A stretch of 64,000 nt of DNA from Nemertoderma westbladi (GCA_032718475.1 JAUCBJ010002048.1:4728-68727); one strand, 5' to 3'; shown: positions 19,549 to 34,275, numbered from the stretch's first letter. Program-made: numbers and translations. The notes: a model not told the origin generated them from the sequence alone.

Positions 19549-21654
19549 TGTTACGGTATATGGCGCTGTATCCACATATATTAGTCCGTTATACTGTACG
19601 CAATATTAGTCCGTTATACTGTATGTAATATTAGTCCGTTGTGCAGCATAATATTTTAGATAAGGCATAATAGCGCAGTGATATTTAGATAGGGAAACCA
19701 AAACGCCCATATATTTTGAATCCATCCATTTTGTATAATATGTAGCCCTACCTACGTAATTTTGTATTAGGATATATGTAGATAGTTCCAGGGTAGCAAG
19801 TTTAGTCGGACCCTGGATTTCGTGCTTGCTGATATTAGCTTCAATAGGGCTAGCATATAGGGACGCTGTCCTGGCCATTCAGCAGCCAGGGACATGATCC
19901 ATTACCATATATGGTAATAATTTGAGGTTTGGGCGGCAATAGGGCTACAATCCGGCCCCCTTATTGGACTAACTGCTTCCAGGTTGGTCTAATGCTAGCG
20001 CGGACTGGAGAGCCAATAGGAGAGCGATTGAGTCACCCTATTGCATCACCCCATCCGGATCACCTATAAATTGGCGGCTTGCCGGTAGAGCTGTACAACA
20101 ACCCTATACCTTACAATCCACACCCTTATATTTTAGCGTATTTCTGCAATTTGCTAAATTTTGATTAATTTCTTAAGATGATTTGCTAGTGCGATTATTC
20201 TTGATTGTGTTTCTCAATTAATCCCATCGATTACTGCTAATTACAACTGGAACTATGATTTCTACCTTTTGTTAATGGTTCTATGTGATTCCTTTCTACG
20301 CAATAATCCTAAGGGATTTCTGAGACTGTCAGACTTTGTGATTTGCATGCGCCGCTACGGTAGCTATTAGCATAATGGAGGGCTAAGGTGCCAGTGGGCG
20401 GTGGTTGAGCGACTAAGGGAGAGCGGAGGATTCAAAGGCGGGCAACGCTGGCGGGGGGTCACCGTTGCGGTCGGGCAGTTCACGCTGTGGTATGCAGACC
20501 ATTCGCCGGTACGGTAATTAAGGGGCTGATGATCCAGGTTTCGTCTCTATTTAGTATTAGGGGGGCAGGAATCAGGTTAGTTAGGAGTCCTATATGTACC
20601 CGGGAGAGGCCTGCACGTATCACAACGTGGAGTGTGAAGTACGAATAGTGAGTCGCACAACTGTGGGCTATACAGTAGTTAACTGCATAATTGCGAACTG
20701 TGATTGCTGACGCTGATTGGTGTGTTATTGAAGTGTGCCTACGATTGTGAATGTTTAGGTAGGTGCCCCCTTTCTTTGATTGATTTCTATTTCTTAGTTA
20801 CAACAATTAGTTACTGATTAGGTCAAAGTAATACGGCAATTTAGGCTATTACTAGCGAAACCTGTTGCGTAATAAATTAGAATTACGCATTCTGGAACTC
20901 TTAGTAATTAGTACGCTGTTACATATTTGTGACTGTGATTGATTAGTAAAAAATTAAGAATTAGTACGCAGCATAGCGGAGAGTAGCTAAGGTAATAATT
21001 AGAGTACTGTAAACTATTCACGCTGAGCGGTTATTTGCATTGGCGGGCAATCAGCTAGATCGCACTATTCGGTACACACAACACGCTAGTAATTTGCTGG
21101 CCTAAAGCCAGCTGCAGGCAAGTTTAGACCCAGAGCGGAACTATCCACGTAGAGAAAAATACTGTACCATTTTGATTATTTTAAATATTCTCGCATTCAC
21201 ACATTACGATAGGGAACCCCCAGTATTCGCGATTAGAAAAGGCGTAGGCAATAGCGTGCTTTAATAGTGATAGAATTAGGCGTAAGAATACTCTGAGTGC
21301 AAAGCCTCTCGCACTCGTCTTAAGTAAGCTTAGGGAGCTGACTCGGGTTTATTGTTTTGGTTATTCCCGCGTGGCTCATAGATTCGAACAGTTAGCTCTC
21401 TATCGAGCAATCGGTAGAGAAAGGAACAAGCAATTTTGCAGGAGCTGTGTAAATTTAGTAAATTATATTAGCGGACGGCAGATAAGCGCCATCTAACGGT
21501 AAGTAGCGGTTTGTATTTAGCAACCCTTACAATTTAGCAATCGTCTTTGTGTCTTATTGGTTAGGCGAGAACTTATTAGGTTGGCAGAGGAGTATACGGG
21601 TATTTGTCTGTTCAACAGTTCTGCTGTTAGTATAGAGGTCGCGGTTGTTTATCA
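19549..21654 (+). repeat. 3' LTR (2106 bp)
   Basis: Copy of 3367-5521 with a 13-bp and a net 36-bp deletion plus ~4 substitutions seen by eye. Preceded by a short purine-rich TTGGAGCGG and a hairpin AGGGAAACAT...ATGATTTCCCT. Confidence 0.95.
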
Positions 21655-22060
21655 GGAATCATGGCTAATGTGGGGTCGCTGAATCTTTTTGTAATGTTAA
21701 GTTTTTCGATTGGGGCAAGCCTTGAGTGTCCGAATCCTGATCAAAACTGATCTTTGCTGATCATGGTCAAGATCATGATCTGATCGCTCCAAAAAAGTCT
21801 TTTTTAAGGTAAATCCATATGCTGCCTATCGATTGGCGCCGGTTCCAAGTCCGTAGCATTAGCGGTTCTAGAGATCGACGCATAGCAACGAGGTTGCTAG
21901 GGAAGCGGACTTTTTGACTCAAATTGGCCCTAGACGGAGAACCGTAGACATTTGAAACGTAATGTATATGGGAAAAAGTCTTCTGGATAAATTTTTTTTT
22001 TGGGGGGGGGGGGGGTCTAGGAACATCCTATTGTTGGTTTTCGCTTAGTTTCTGAGAAAA
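21655..22060. mobile_element. Continuation of the host repeat split by the LTR insertion
   Basis: GAATCTTTTTGTAATGTTAAG and GATCATGATC motifs match the 2200-3360 units. Confidence 0.5.
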
Positions 22061-22887
22061 GCTTCTCCCCCAAATTCCAAACTCCCCCAATCTATAAAGG
22101 CGTGCGCAATGACTAGTTCCGTGGCCGAGCACGGAATTGGGTTCTCCGAACACGATAACCTGCGGTTGGGGCCCTGACCGTCCAGTCCCTTAGCCAATCC
22201 CTAATTTCCCCATGGCCCTGTATTGGCCTCTCTGAGAGATGAGCTGATGCACTGGCATCTCTCTGTTGCTGACAATATATCCTCATTCTCCCTCCTATCC
22301 AATATTGTGTTAACAATATGATTCGTAAATCATGAATTTCCCCATTTTCCGCTGGGTGGTGCAGCAAATTGGATCCGCTAACACATCATCTCATCATCCC
22401 GGGGAGTGTTTGACGACTTGCTGGACTAAATATATCTCGGTTGCAGTTGTTATTTAGATTTTTGAATGGCCTAGTGTACATTGGTGTAATGGGTGAATGA
22501 ATATATGTTGATAAAGGAAATTAAATCAATGCGTAAATAAAATTCAATTTGCCTATGGGTAAAAAAGTAGACCCTTTTCTACTTACTTTGTGGTATATTC
22601 AAGAATGAAATGTTTTTTATTTTTTTATTTTAGATAAATATATTGAATTTTTATGGTAGTGCTAATGGCACTACCACATAAATTCAATTTACTTATTTGG
22701 CCGCGTAATATTTTAGAACATTACTACTGAATGTTAACACTGCTTAAAAATAGTTATTAAACTAATTCAAGACAGTGTGCACCTGCACAAGAGATATTAC
22801 TATAAATATAATAGGGAAGGACACGATGAGAAAGGGTCTTTAGACAATGAGGATTTCATTCGGAAAAGTTTAAAATTCCTTTGCAAT

Positions 22888-25113
22888 GGGAGTGGGAGCG
22901 GGAGCGGAGCGGGAGTGGGAGCAGGAGCGGGAGCGGGAGCGGGAGCGGGAGCGGAAGCGGGAGCAGGAGCGGGAGCGGGAGCGGGAGCGGGAGCGGGAGC
23001 AGGAGCGGGAGCGGGAGCGGGAGCGGGAGCGGGAGCGGGAGCGGGAGCGGGAGCGGGAGCGGGAGCGGGAGCGGGAGCGGGAGCGGGAGCGGGAGCGGGA
23101 GCGGGAGCGGGAGCGGGAGCGGGAGCGGGAGCGGGAGCGGGAGCGGGAGCGGGAGCGGGAGCGGGAGCGGGAGCGGGAGCGGGAGCGGGAGCGGGAGCGG
23201 GAGCGGGAGCGGGAGCGGGAGCGGGAGCGGGAGCGGGAGCGGGAGCGGGAGCGGGAGCGGGAGCGGGAGCGGGAGCGGGAGCGGGAGCGGGAGCGGGAGC
23301 GGGAGCGGGAGCGGGAGCGGGAGCGGGAGCGGGAGCGGGAGCGGGAGCGGGAGCGGGAGCGGGAGCGGGAGCGGGAACGGGAGCGGGAGCGGGAACGGGA
23401 GCGGGAGCGGGAGCGGGAGCGGGAGCGGGAGCGGGAGCGGGAGCGGGAGCGGGAGCGGGAGCGGGAACGGGAGCGGGAGCGGGAGCGGGAGCGGGAACGG
23501 GAGCGGGAGTGGGAGCGGGAGCGGGAGCGGGAGCGGGAGCGGGAGCGGGAGCGGGAGCGGGAGCGGGAGCGGGAGCGGGAGCGGGAGCGGGAGCGGGAGC
23601 GGGAGCGGGAGCGGGAGCGGGAGCGGGAGCGGGAGCGGGAGCGGGAGCGGGAGCGGGAGCGGGAGCGGGAGCGGGAGCGGGAGCGGGAGCGGGAGCGGGA
23701 GCGGGAGCGGGAGCGGGAGCGGGAGCGGGAGCGGGAGCGGGAGCGGGAGCGGGAGCGGGAGCGGGAGCGGGAGCGGGAGCGGGAGCGGGAGCGGGAGCGG
23801 GAGCGGGAGCGGGAGCGGGAGCGGGAGCGGGAGCGGGAGCGGGAGCGGGAGCGGGAGCGGGAGCGGGAGCGGGAGCGGGAGCGGGAGCGGGAGCGGGAGC
23901 GGGAGCGGGAGCGGGAGCGGGAGCGGGAGCGGGAGCGGGAGCGGGAGCGGGAGCGGGAGCGGGAGCGGGAGCGGGAGCGGGAGCGGGAGCGGGAGCGGGA
24001 GCGGGAGCGGGAGCGGGAGCGGGAGCGGGAGCGGGAGCGGGAGCGGGAGCGGGAGCGGGAGCGGGAGCGGGAGCGGGAGCGGGAGCGGGAGCGGGAGCGG
24101 GAGCGGGAGCGGGAGCGGGAGCGGGAGCGGGAGCGGGAGCGGGAGCGGGAGCGGGAGCGGGAGCGGGAGCGGGAGCGGGAGCGGGAGCGGGAGCGGGAGC
24201 GGGAGCGGGAGCGGGAGCGGGAGCGGGAGCGGGAGCGGGAGCGGGAGCGGGAGCGGGAGCGGGAGCGGGAGCGGGAGCGGGAGCGGGAGCGGGAGCGGGA
24301 GCGGGAGCGGGAGCGGGAGCGGGAGCGGGAGCGGGAGCGGGAGCGGGAGCGGGAGCGGGAGCGGGAGCGGGAGCGGGAGCGGGAGCGGGAGCGGGAGCGG
24401 GAGCGGGAGCGGGAGCGGGAGCGGGAGCGGGAGCGGGAGCGGGAGCGGGAGCGGGAGCGGGAGCGGGAGCGGGAGCGGGAGCGGGAGCGGGAGCGGGAGC
24501 GGGAGCGGGAGCGGGAGCGGGAGCGGGAGCGGGAGCGGGAGCGGGAGCGGGAGCGGGAGCGGGAGCGGGAGCGGGAGCGGGAGCGGGAGCGGGAGCGGGA
24601 GCGGGAGCGGGAGCGGGAGCGGGAGCGGGAGCGGGAGCGGGAGCGGGAGCGGGAGCGGGAGCGGGAGCGGGAGCGGGAGCGGGAGCGGGAGCGGGAGCGG
24701 GAGCGGGAGCGGGAGCGGGAGCGGGAGCGGGAGCGGGAGCGGGAGCGGGAGCGGGAGCGGGAGCGGGAGCGGGAGCGGGAGCGGGAGCGGGAGCGGGAGC
24801 GGGAGCGGGAGCGGGAGCGGGAGCGGGAGCGGGAGCGGGAGCGGGAGCGGGAGCGGGAGCGGGAGCGGGAGCGGGAGCGGGAGCGGGAGCGGGAGCGGGA
24901 GCGGGAGCGGGAGCGGGAGCGGGAGCGGGAGCGGGAGCGGGAGCGGGAGCGGGAGCGGGAGCGGGAGCGGGAGCGGGAGCGGGAGCGGGAGCGGGAGCGG
25001 GAGCGGGAGCGGGAGCGGGAGCGGGAGCGGGAGCGGGAGCGGGAGCGGGAGCGGGAGCGGGAGCGGGAGCGGGAGCGGGAGCGGGAGTGGGAGTGTGAGC
25101 GGGAGTGGGAGTG
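22888..25113 (+). repeat. (GGGAGC)n hexanucleotide microsatellite, ~2.2 kb
   Basis: Near-pure array with a few GGGAAC/GGGAGT/AGGAGC variants near the ends. Confidence 0.98.
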
Positions 25114-25841
25114 TACGGGATAGACGAAGGAGTAAATCAAAATTCATCTCTCTCCAGGGAAAACCGACGTAAATAACAGCTCAATACTCCCAAAATAAAA
25201 ATTGCAATCCATTCTATTGACTTTAGTTCATTGCCTTGGTTAGAATAACGTGCCACTGCAACCTGCTCCTTTCCCTAAATTGAAAATTCAACATTGAGAC
25301 AATAAATTAATTCTATCTCCATTAGGATGGTCGTTATGTCGTCCTGCCTAACACAGTTAGTTTTATTTCTATTTACAGTTAAATACAAAAATTTAATTGC
25401 AACCTGTTCTATTGACTTTAACTTATTGAGTTGACTACAGTAGAATAACATTACCGTAACCTACTCCTTTCTCTTGACTACATAAGGATATGACACCCCC
25501 ACAAACCTAATAACACAGCGACGCAGGACCTAATGTGCAGTAATTATGTCGCAGAAACTAACACCGCATAGGACTTTACGACCAAAATACCTAATGACGT
25601 AGAACCGTTATATCTTACATATTACAACTATTTGAGTTCAGATTTGTCAGAAATTTTTGTAATAATATAATAGTTGTTGCCGCCTAATGATGATAGAATT
25701 AAAATGGGATTATAAATTACAATGATTTACTGACGGATAATGTCAAAGAGAAGAAATACAATGTTGTACTGCACGAAACCTCAACCATCTAATTATCACA
25801 TGATAAAATGAATTAATTATAGATTTTCAACAGCTAAATTT

Positions 25842-26488
25842 TTAATGTGTTTCGCTACCGTACCACTGGAGGTAGGCCGCGACAACAGAAAACACAACTC
25901 CCAATAAACTAGCAATAAGGTATAAAATCATTAAAATGCGATCAAAAACAACCGACAAATTCTTCCACTCCTGGTGAATTTTCTCAGAGTGCTCAGAATG
26001 TTTTGTTCTCCTTGCGAATTTTCCCAGTAAATTTGAGATAATATTTGCACGTTTTCTCATGAAATCGCATAAACTTTTATCGTAAATGTTATTACATTTA
26101 TGAAAATCAGTTCTCGCCTTTATAATCGACTTTTGGTTTAAAGAATTATTCGTATTATTAATGGAATTTATACGCCGTTGCTTTTTCGTTTGGACGAGTG
26201 GTTCCATATCGGGATGCATCCCATTTGAATTCGTGCATCTCAAATCACCCAGTCCAATTGCAGTGGCGAGTTTATGCAACACGAGTTCTTTGATTGGGTA
26301 AGAAATCTCTCCCTTGTTGTACGCGTGATAGACATTGATGACTATAACAGTTTCAGCTAAGACAACGATGTTGACCGCCATACAGAATAGGAAGTAAACG
26401 CTAACGATAGGCAGGGTATCGGCAGATGTTGGCATAACCCTTGCCAATAACAACATGTATACCACCATCGCAAGCAACACTGATATAC
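25842..26488 (-). CDS. Nicotinic acetylcholine receptor-like (Cys-loop) subunit, exon 5 (M2-M4)
   Basis: Acceptor gtttag. Splices in phase to give GEKVNL-GISVLLAMVVYMLLLARVMPTSADTLPIVSVYF, then M3 and M4 EWKNLSVVFDRILMILY, ending in TAA. Confidence 0.9.
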
Positions 26489-26924
26489 CTAAACGATAAC
26501 CAAACGATTATCCAACAATAATGAGAAAAAGATTAGAAGACCGTCAAAAAAAATGCCTGAAAATGAAAACCCTAAACATAATTCCACGGTGACCCACACC
26601 TAGGCGTTGTGGTTTATAACCGTAACATTGAATTCACTTCTCTCTGGTGGTAGTGGGTTCGATCCCTGCGTGGGGGTCAGGGTAGATTTCGTTTCGTTAC
26701 GAATGCCATTAAATGGACTAGCCAGGGCGCATCTAGGCCTCGCGTCCTTAGATCATAGCTGAATGAGAACCAGTTTCCTCTAGGGATTATAGTTCTGGGT
26801 GGAACATACTGGAGATCAGTCATACGACTTTTTGCGTAATCCCTGGCCGAACAACCAAACATAACAACTCTAAACATATATATTACGTTTATATTATAAA
26901 TCATTAGACATTTACATAACATAC

Positions 26925-27180
26925 CTAGGTTAACTTTCTCTCCACTCTCAACAGGAAGCGCACATACTTTAACTAAGGTTAGACTTATAACCATAAATGG
27001 AAGGAGAATGTTGAACACCCAGTACAAGGATTGCCTCTGCAACCGAATCCGGACAACTAGACTGGAATAACCCTCCCAATCCTCCTCAATCATGGGTAAC
27101 CCAACTATTTGCCATTCCCCTTTGTTTTCGAATGTCAGTGCCAATCTTTCTGCGTCGCTTATGGCAGTTGATCTCAATAT
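26925..27180 (-). CDS. nAChR-like subunit, exon 4 (loops F/C, M1)
   Basis: ttttaag acceptor, gtatgt donor. Encodes FENKGEWQIVG...IRLQRQSLYWVFNILLP...LPVESGEKVNL. Confidence 0.9.
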
Positions 27181-27448
27181 CTTAAAAAAAAATAGAAAAA
27201 TAATACTATACGACGAATTGATCATATTAATTTAGTGTTTCTTATAGGCCTACTATTTATTTCCTCTACGTACTTAACCACAAAAATAACAATTATTAAT
27301 GGCCTTCAGTTAGTATTGGTAATATTTAAAATACAATATGTGGTGTGATTCTCGTAAGCAATATTATAGGGACCCGCAATACATTTTATTGTCCTCGGCC
27401 CTTGTTGTCGCAGATCAGTGATAGCACTATATATATATATATATATAT

Positions 27449-30400
27449 AACTCCAACTGGGGGCCATAGGGCCACTCCTTAATAATTAAGATATAAACTA
27501 GTACATTAATTATCGAATAATAATAGAACAAGAGAAGCATGTTATTAATAATATCTATTAATTGTTAGAAAAATCCGATGCAAAAAATTGCACGGCTCCA
27601 ATATAATGACCATTATAAATATCTTGTTGGATATTCGTTTGCAATACATTTCTATAGGAAAATTACATAACACAAAAAGACCACAGGGCCACCTAATTTT
27701 TCTGGTAATTTTTGTGTAATTTACACATCAAAAACACATTCTAGAACTCAGATCTTTTCCGAAAATGCTTTGTTAGACTTCTCTACACCGTTTTTATTCA
27801 TTTCAAAACTTATGTATATTTTAATATATAATTTTATATATCTTTGATTCCATGACTAACTTGTAGGTATTTGAACCAAGATGGTGGCTTATCTGAGACA
27901 AAGTTGAAAAATTAGTAAGTGTGATTTAAAAACTTTGTTATTAAATTTTGGTCTCGAAATTTTTATTGGAGCTATTTGATATCATTAATGCAGATGATCC
28001 TCTTTGTGCTTGCAGTCAAATACCGTATTATTAAGTTTTTATTACATAAAAACCATGACATAAAAAATAGTGGCCCTATGGTTTTGACGGATCTTTATTA
28101 TAACAGATATATAGATTTTACCTTTAGAGTTAAAGTCTAATGATTTTTTATACACCAGAGGGACTAGAACAAATGAATCAATTATTATTGAATTGTATAA
28201 TCGGCGTGCTGTATTTTTTTAAATTAAAATTCTACATTTATGCTACTTTCTAATAGTTTTTTTTATTTCGCTCACTGAATAGAATGTGTACGGAATAGAA
28301 CGCTCACTGAGTATAACGCTAACTGAATATAACGTTGACTGAGTATCATGCTCACTGAATAGGACACTCACTGAATATAATGCTCACTGAATAGATCGAT
28401 CACTGAATAGAACGTTCATTGCGTGGAACGCTCACTCAATAGAACACTCACTGAATAGAACTCTCACTGAATATAACGCTCACTGAATAGAACACTCACT
28501 GAATAGAACGCTCACTGATTACAATGCTCACTAAATAGAATGCTCAATGAATAGAACGCTCACTGAATATAACATTCGCTGAATATAACGCTCACTGAAT
28601 AGAACACTCACTATATAGAACGCTCACTAAATATAACGCTCACTGAATAGAACGCTGACTGATTAGAACACTCGTAAAATAGAACGATCACTGATTATAA
28701 TGCTCACTAAATATAATGCTCACTGAACAGAACATTCACTGATTAGAACACTCACTGAATAAAACACTCACTGACGTGAACTCTCACTGAATAGAACGTT
28801 CACTGAATGGAACACTCGCTAAATATAACGTTCACTGAATAGAACGCTTACTGAATGGAACACTCACTGAATAGAACGATCACTGAATAGAACATTCACT
28901 GAATAGAACACTCACTGAATAAACCACTCACTGACTAGAACACTCACGGAATAGAATGTTCAATGAATATAACACTCGCTGAATAGAACATTCACTGAAT
29001 ATATCACTCACTAAATAGAAACCTCACTGAATAGAACGCTGACTGAATAGAACGCTCACTGAATAGAACACTCACTGAATAGAACGCTCACTTAATAGAA
29101 AGCTCACTGAATAGAACGCTCACTAAATAGAACACTCACTGAATAGAAAGCTCACTGAATAGAACGCTCACTAAATAGAAAACTCACTGAATAGAACGCT
29201 CACTGAATAGAACGCTCACTTAATAGAACACTCACTGAATAGAACGCTCACTTAATAGAAAGCTCACTGAACAAAACGCACACTAAATAGAACACTCACA
29301 TAAATGAACACCCACTGAATAGTACACCACTAAATAGAACACTCTCTGAATAGAACGATAATTGAATAGAACACTCACTGAATAGAACACTCACTGAATA
29401 GAACACTCACTGAATATAACACTCACTGAATAGAACGCTCACTGATTAGAACACTCGTAAAATAGAACGATCACTGATTATAATGCTCACTAAATATAAT
29501 GCTCACTTAACAGAACATTCACTGATTAGAACACTCACTGAATAAAACACTCACTGACGTGAACTCTCTCTGAATAGAACGTTCACTGAATGGAACACTC
29601 GCTAAATATAACGTTCACTGAATAGAACGCTTACTGAATGGAACACTCACTGAATAGAACGATCACTGAATAGAACATTCACTGAATAGAACACTCACTG
29701 AATAAACCACTCACTGACTAGAACACTCACGGAATAGAATGTTCAATGAATATAACACTCACTGAATAGAACATTCACTGAATATATCACTCACTAAATA
29801 GAAAACTCACTGAATAGAACGCTCACTGAATAGAACGCTCACTGAATAGAACACTCACTGAATAGAACGCTCACTTAATAGAAAGCTCACTGAATAGAAC
29901 GCTCACTAAATAGAACACTCACTGAATAGAACGTTCACTGAATAGAACACTCACTGAATAGAACACTCACTGAATAGAACACTCACTGAATAGAACACTC
30001 ACTGAATAGAACGCTCACTGAATAGAACACTCACTGAATAGAACAATCACTGAATAGAACGTTCACTGAATAGAAGGCTCGCTGAATATAATGCTCACTG
30101 AAAAGAACATTCACTGAATAGAACATTCACAGAATATAACTTTCACTAAATAGAACGCTCATTGAATAGAACGTTCAATGAATAGAACACTTACTGAATA
30201 GAACACTCGCTGACTAGAACGTTCCCTGAATAGAACGCTTACTGAATAGAACACTAACTGAAAATAACGTTAACTGAATAGAAAGCTTACTGAATAGAAC
30301 ACTCACTGAATATAACGTTCACTAAATAGAACGCTTACTGAATAGAACATGCACTGAATAGAACGCTCACTGAATAGAAAACTCACTGAATAGAACGTTC

Positions 30401-33400
30401 ACTGAATAGAACGCTCACTTAATTGAACACTCACTGAATATAATGCTCACTGAATAGAACGTTCACTGAATAGAATGCTTACTAAATAGAACACTCACTG
30501 AATAGAACGTTCACTGAATAGAATGCTTACTGAATAGAACACTCACTGAATAGAACGTTCACTGAATAGAACGCTCACTGAATTGAACGTGCACTGAATA
30601 TAACGTTCACTGAATAGAACGCTCACTGAATTGAACGTGCACTGAATATAACGCTCACTGAATTGAACGTTCACAGAATATAAGACTCACTGAATAGAAT
30701 GCTCACTGAATAGAACGTTCACTGAATAGAACGTTCACTGAATAGAACGTTCACTGAATAGAACAATCGCTGAATATAATGCTCACTGAATAGAACACTT
30801 ACTGAATAGAACGTTCACTGAATAGAACGATCGCTGAATATAATGCTCACTGAATAGAACACTCACTGAATATAACGTTTACTGAATAGAACGCTTATTC
30901 AATAGAACGTTCACTGAATAGAACGATCGCTGAATATAATGCTCACTGAATAGAACATTAACTGAATAGAACACTCACTCAATATATCGTTTACTGAATA
31001 GAACGCTTACTCAATAGAACGTTCACTGAATAGAACGATCGCTGAATATAATGCTCACTGAATAGAACATTCACTGAATAGAACATTCACTGAATAGAAC
31101 GTTCACTGAATAGAACAATCGCTGAATATAATGCTCACTGAATAGAACACTTACTGAATAGAACGTTCACTGAATAGAACGATCGCTGAATATAATGCTC
31201 ACTGAATAGAACACTCACTGAATATAACGTTTACTGAATAGAACGCTTATTCAATAGAACGTTCACTGAATAGAACGATCGCTGAATATAATGCTCACTG
31301 AATAGAACATTAACTGAATAGAACACTCACTGAATATATCGTTTACTGAATAGAACGCTTACTCAATAGAACGTTCACTGAATAGAACGATCGCTGAATA
31401 TAATGCTCACTGAATAGAACATTCACTGAATAGAACATTCACTGAATAGAACATTCACTGAATAGAACACTCACTGAATATAACTTTCACTGAATAGAAC
31501 GCTTACTAGAGAGAACGCTCATTGAATAGAACGTTTAATGAATAGAACACTTACTGAATAGAACACTCACTGAATAGAGTGCTCACTGAATAGAAAACTC
31601 ACTGAATAGAACGTTCACTGAATAGAACGCTTACTGAATAGAACATTCGCTGAATATAACTTTCACTGAATAGAACACTTACTAAATAGAACGCTCATTG
31701 AATAGAACGTTTAATGAATAGAACACTTACTGAATAGAACACTCACTGAATAGAGTGCTCACTGAATAGAAAACTCACTGAATAGAACGTTCACTGAATA
31801 GAACGCTTACTGAATTGAACACTCACTGAATAGAACGTTCACTGAATAGAACTCTTAATGAATAGAACACTCACTGAATATATCGTTCACGGAATAGAAC
31901 GCTTATTGAATAGAACACTCACTGAATAGAACGTTCACTGAATAGAATGCTTACTGAATAGAACACTCACTGAATAGAACGTTCACTGAATAGAACACTC
32001 ACTGAATAGAACGTTCACTGAATAGAACGCTCACTGAATTGAACGTGCACTGAATATAACGTTCACTGAATAGAACGCTCACTGAATTGAACGTGCACTG
32101 AATATAACGCTCACTGAATTGAACGTTCACAGAATATAACACTCACTGAATAGAATGCTCACTGAATAGAACATTCACTGAATAGAACGTTCACTGAATA
32201 GAACGCTCACTGAATAGAACGTTCACTGAATAGAACGCTTACTGAATAGAACACTCACTGAATAGAACGTTCACTGAATAGAACGATCGCTGAATATAAT
32301 GCTCACTGAATAGAACATTCACTGAATAGAACACTCACTGAATATAACGTTTACTGAATAGAACGCTTACTGAATAGAATGTTCACTGATTAGAACGATC
32401 GATGAATATAATGCTCACTGAATAGAACATTCACTGAATAGAACACTCACTGAATATAACGTTTACTGAATAGAATGTTCACTGATTAGAATGATCGCTG
32501 AATATAACGTTCACTGAATATAAGGTTTACTGAATAGAACGCTTACTCAATAGAACGTTCACTGAATAGAACGTTTACTGAATAGAACGCTTACTGAATA
32601 GAACACTCACTGAATAGAACGTTCACTGAATATAATGCTTACTGAATTGAACGTTCACAGAATATAACGTTCACTGAATAGAACGATCATTGAATTGAAC
32701 GTGCACTGAATAGAACGCTCACTGAATTGAACGTTCACAGAATATAATCCTCACTGAATAGAACGCTCACTGATTAGAACGCTCACTGAATAGAACACTC
32801 ACTGAATAGAACGTTCACTGAATAGAATGCTTACTGAATAGAACACTCACTGAATACAACGCTTACTGAATAGAACACCCACTGAATAGAACGTTCACTG
32901 AATAGAATGCTTACTGAATAGAACACTCACTGAATAGAACGTCCACTGAATAGAATGCTTACTGAATAGAACACTCACTGAATAGAACGTTCACTGAATA
33001 TAACGTTTACTGAATAGAACACTCACTGAATAGAACGCTCACTGAATAGAACGTTTAAGTGAATAGAACGCTTGCTGAATGTAACACTCACTGAATAGAA
33101 CGCTCACTGAATAGAACGCTCACTGAATATAACGTTTACTGAATAGAACACTCACTGAATAGAACACTCACTGAATAGAACACTCACTGAAAAGAACGTT
33201 TAAATTACTAGAACGCTTACTGAATGTAACACTCACTGAATAGAACGCTCACTGAATAGAACGCTCACTGAATAGAACGTTCACTGAATATAACGTTTAC
33301 TGAATAGAACACTCACTGAATAGAACGCTCACTGAATAGAACACTCACTGAATAGAACGTTTAAATGAATAGAACGCTTACTGAATAGAACACTCACTGA

Positions 33401-34275
33401 ATAGAACGTTCACTGAATATAATGCTTGCTGAATTGAACGTTCACAGAATATAACGTTCACTGAATAGAACGATCATTGAATTGAACGTGCACTGAATAG
33501 AACGCGCACTGAATTGAACGTTCACAGAATATAACCCTCACTGAATAGAACGCTCACTGATTAGAACGCTCACTGAATAGAACACTCACTGAATAGAACG
33601 TTCACTGAATAGAATGCTTACCGAATAGAACACTCACTGAATAGAATGTTTAAATGAATAGAACGCTTACTGAATGTAACACTCACTGAATAGAACGTTC
33701 ACTGAATAGAATGCTTACTGAATAGAACACTCACTGAATACAACGCTCACTGAATAGAACACTCACTGAATAGAAAGTTCACTGAATAGAATGCTTACTG
33801 AATAGAACACTCACTGAATAGAACGTCCACTGAATAGAATGCTTACTGAATAGAACACTCACTGAATAGAACGTTCACTGAATATAACGTTTACTGAATA
33901 GAACACTCACTGAATAGAACGCTCACTGAATAGAACGTTTAAATGAATAGAACGCTTACTGAATGTAACACTCACTGAATAGAACACTAGCTGAATAGTA
34001 CACTCACTGAATAGAACGCTCACCTAATAGAAGGCTTATTGCATTTTAGAAGATAATCAGCTTTAAATAGAAATAAAACTACTGTATTATGACAGAACCT
34101 AACATGCAGGGGTTAATAACAACCACTCATAGGACCTAAAGACGCAACACCTAACGTCCAAAGGACCTTCTAACGCCTTACAACTACTTCATACCATAGG
34201 GCCACTGTGGCCCTATGGCACGATTAAACCATAGGGCCATACTTACATCCATAAGTGGCCCTAAGGTTGTGTGTT

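Larger units (their letters stand above)
3367..21654 (+). mobile_element. Full-length BEL/Pao LTR retrotransposon with extra ORF3
   Basis: Two near-identical LTRs (TGTTA...TATCA). 5-bp TSD GGAAT at 3362-3366 and 21655-21659. BEL-type gag Cys motif and PR-RT-RH-IN order with Pao-type motifs. Confidence 0.96.

Noticed and set aside
22777-25172. Five 740-770 aa ORFs (poly-GA, GS, ER, PL, SR), superficially silk- or SR-like
   Set aside because: All are frames of a pure (GGGAGC)n microsatellite with no codon variation or unique domains.
26677-26924. C-terminal part of the 182-aa ORF
   Set aside because: Read-through into intron 4 past the gtatgt donor at 26924.
28270-34030. CRISPR-like array
   Set aside because: Contiguous 16-bp tandem units with no unique spacers, no cas genes, and a eukaryotic intron context.
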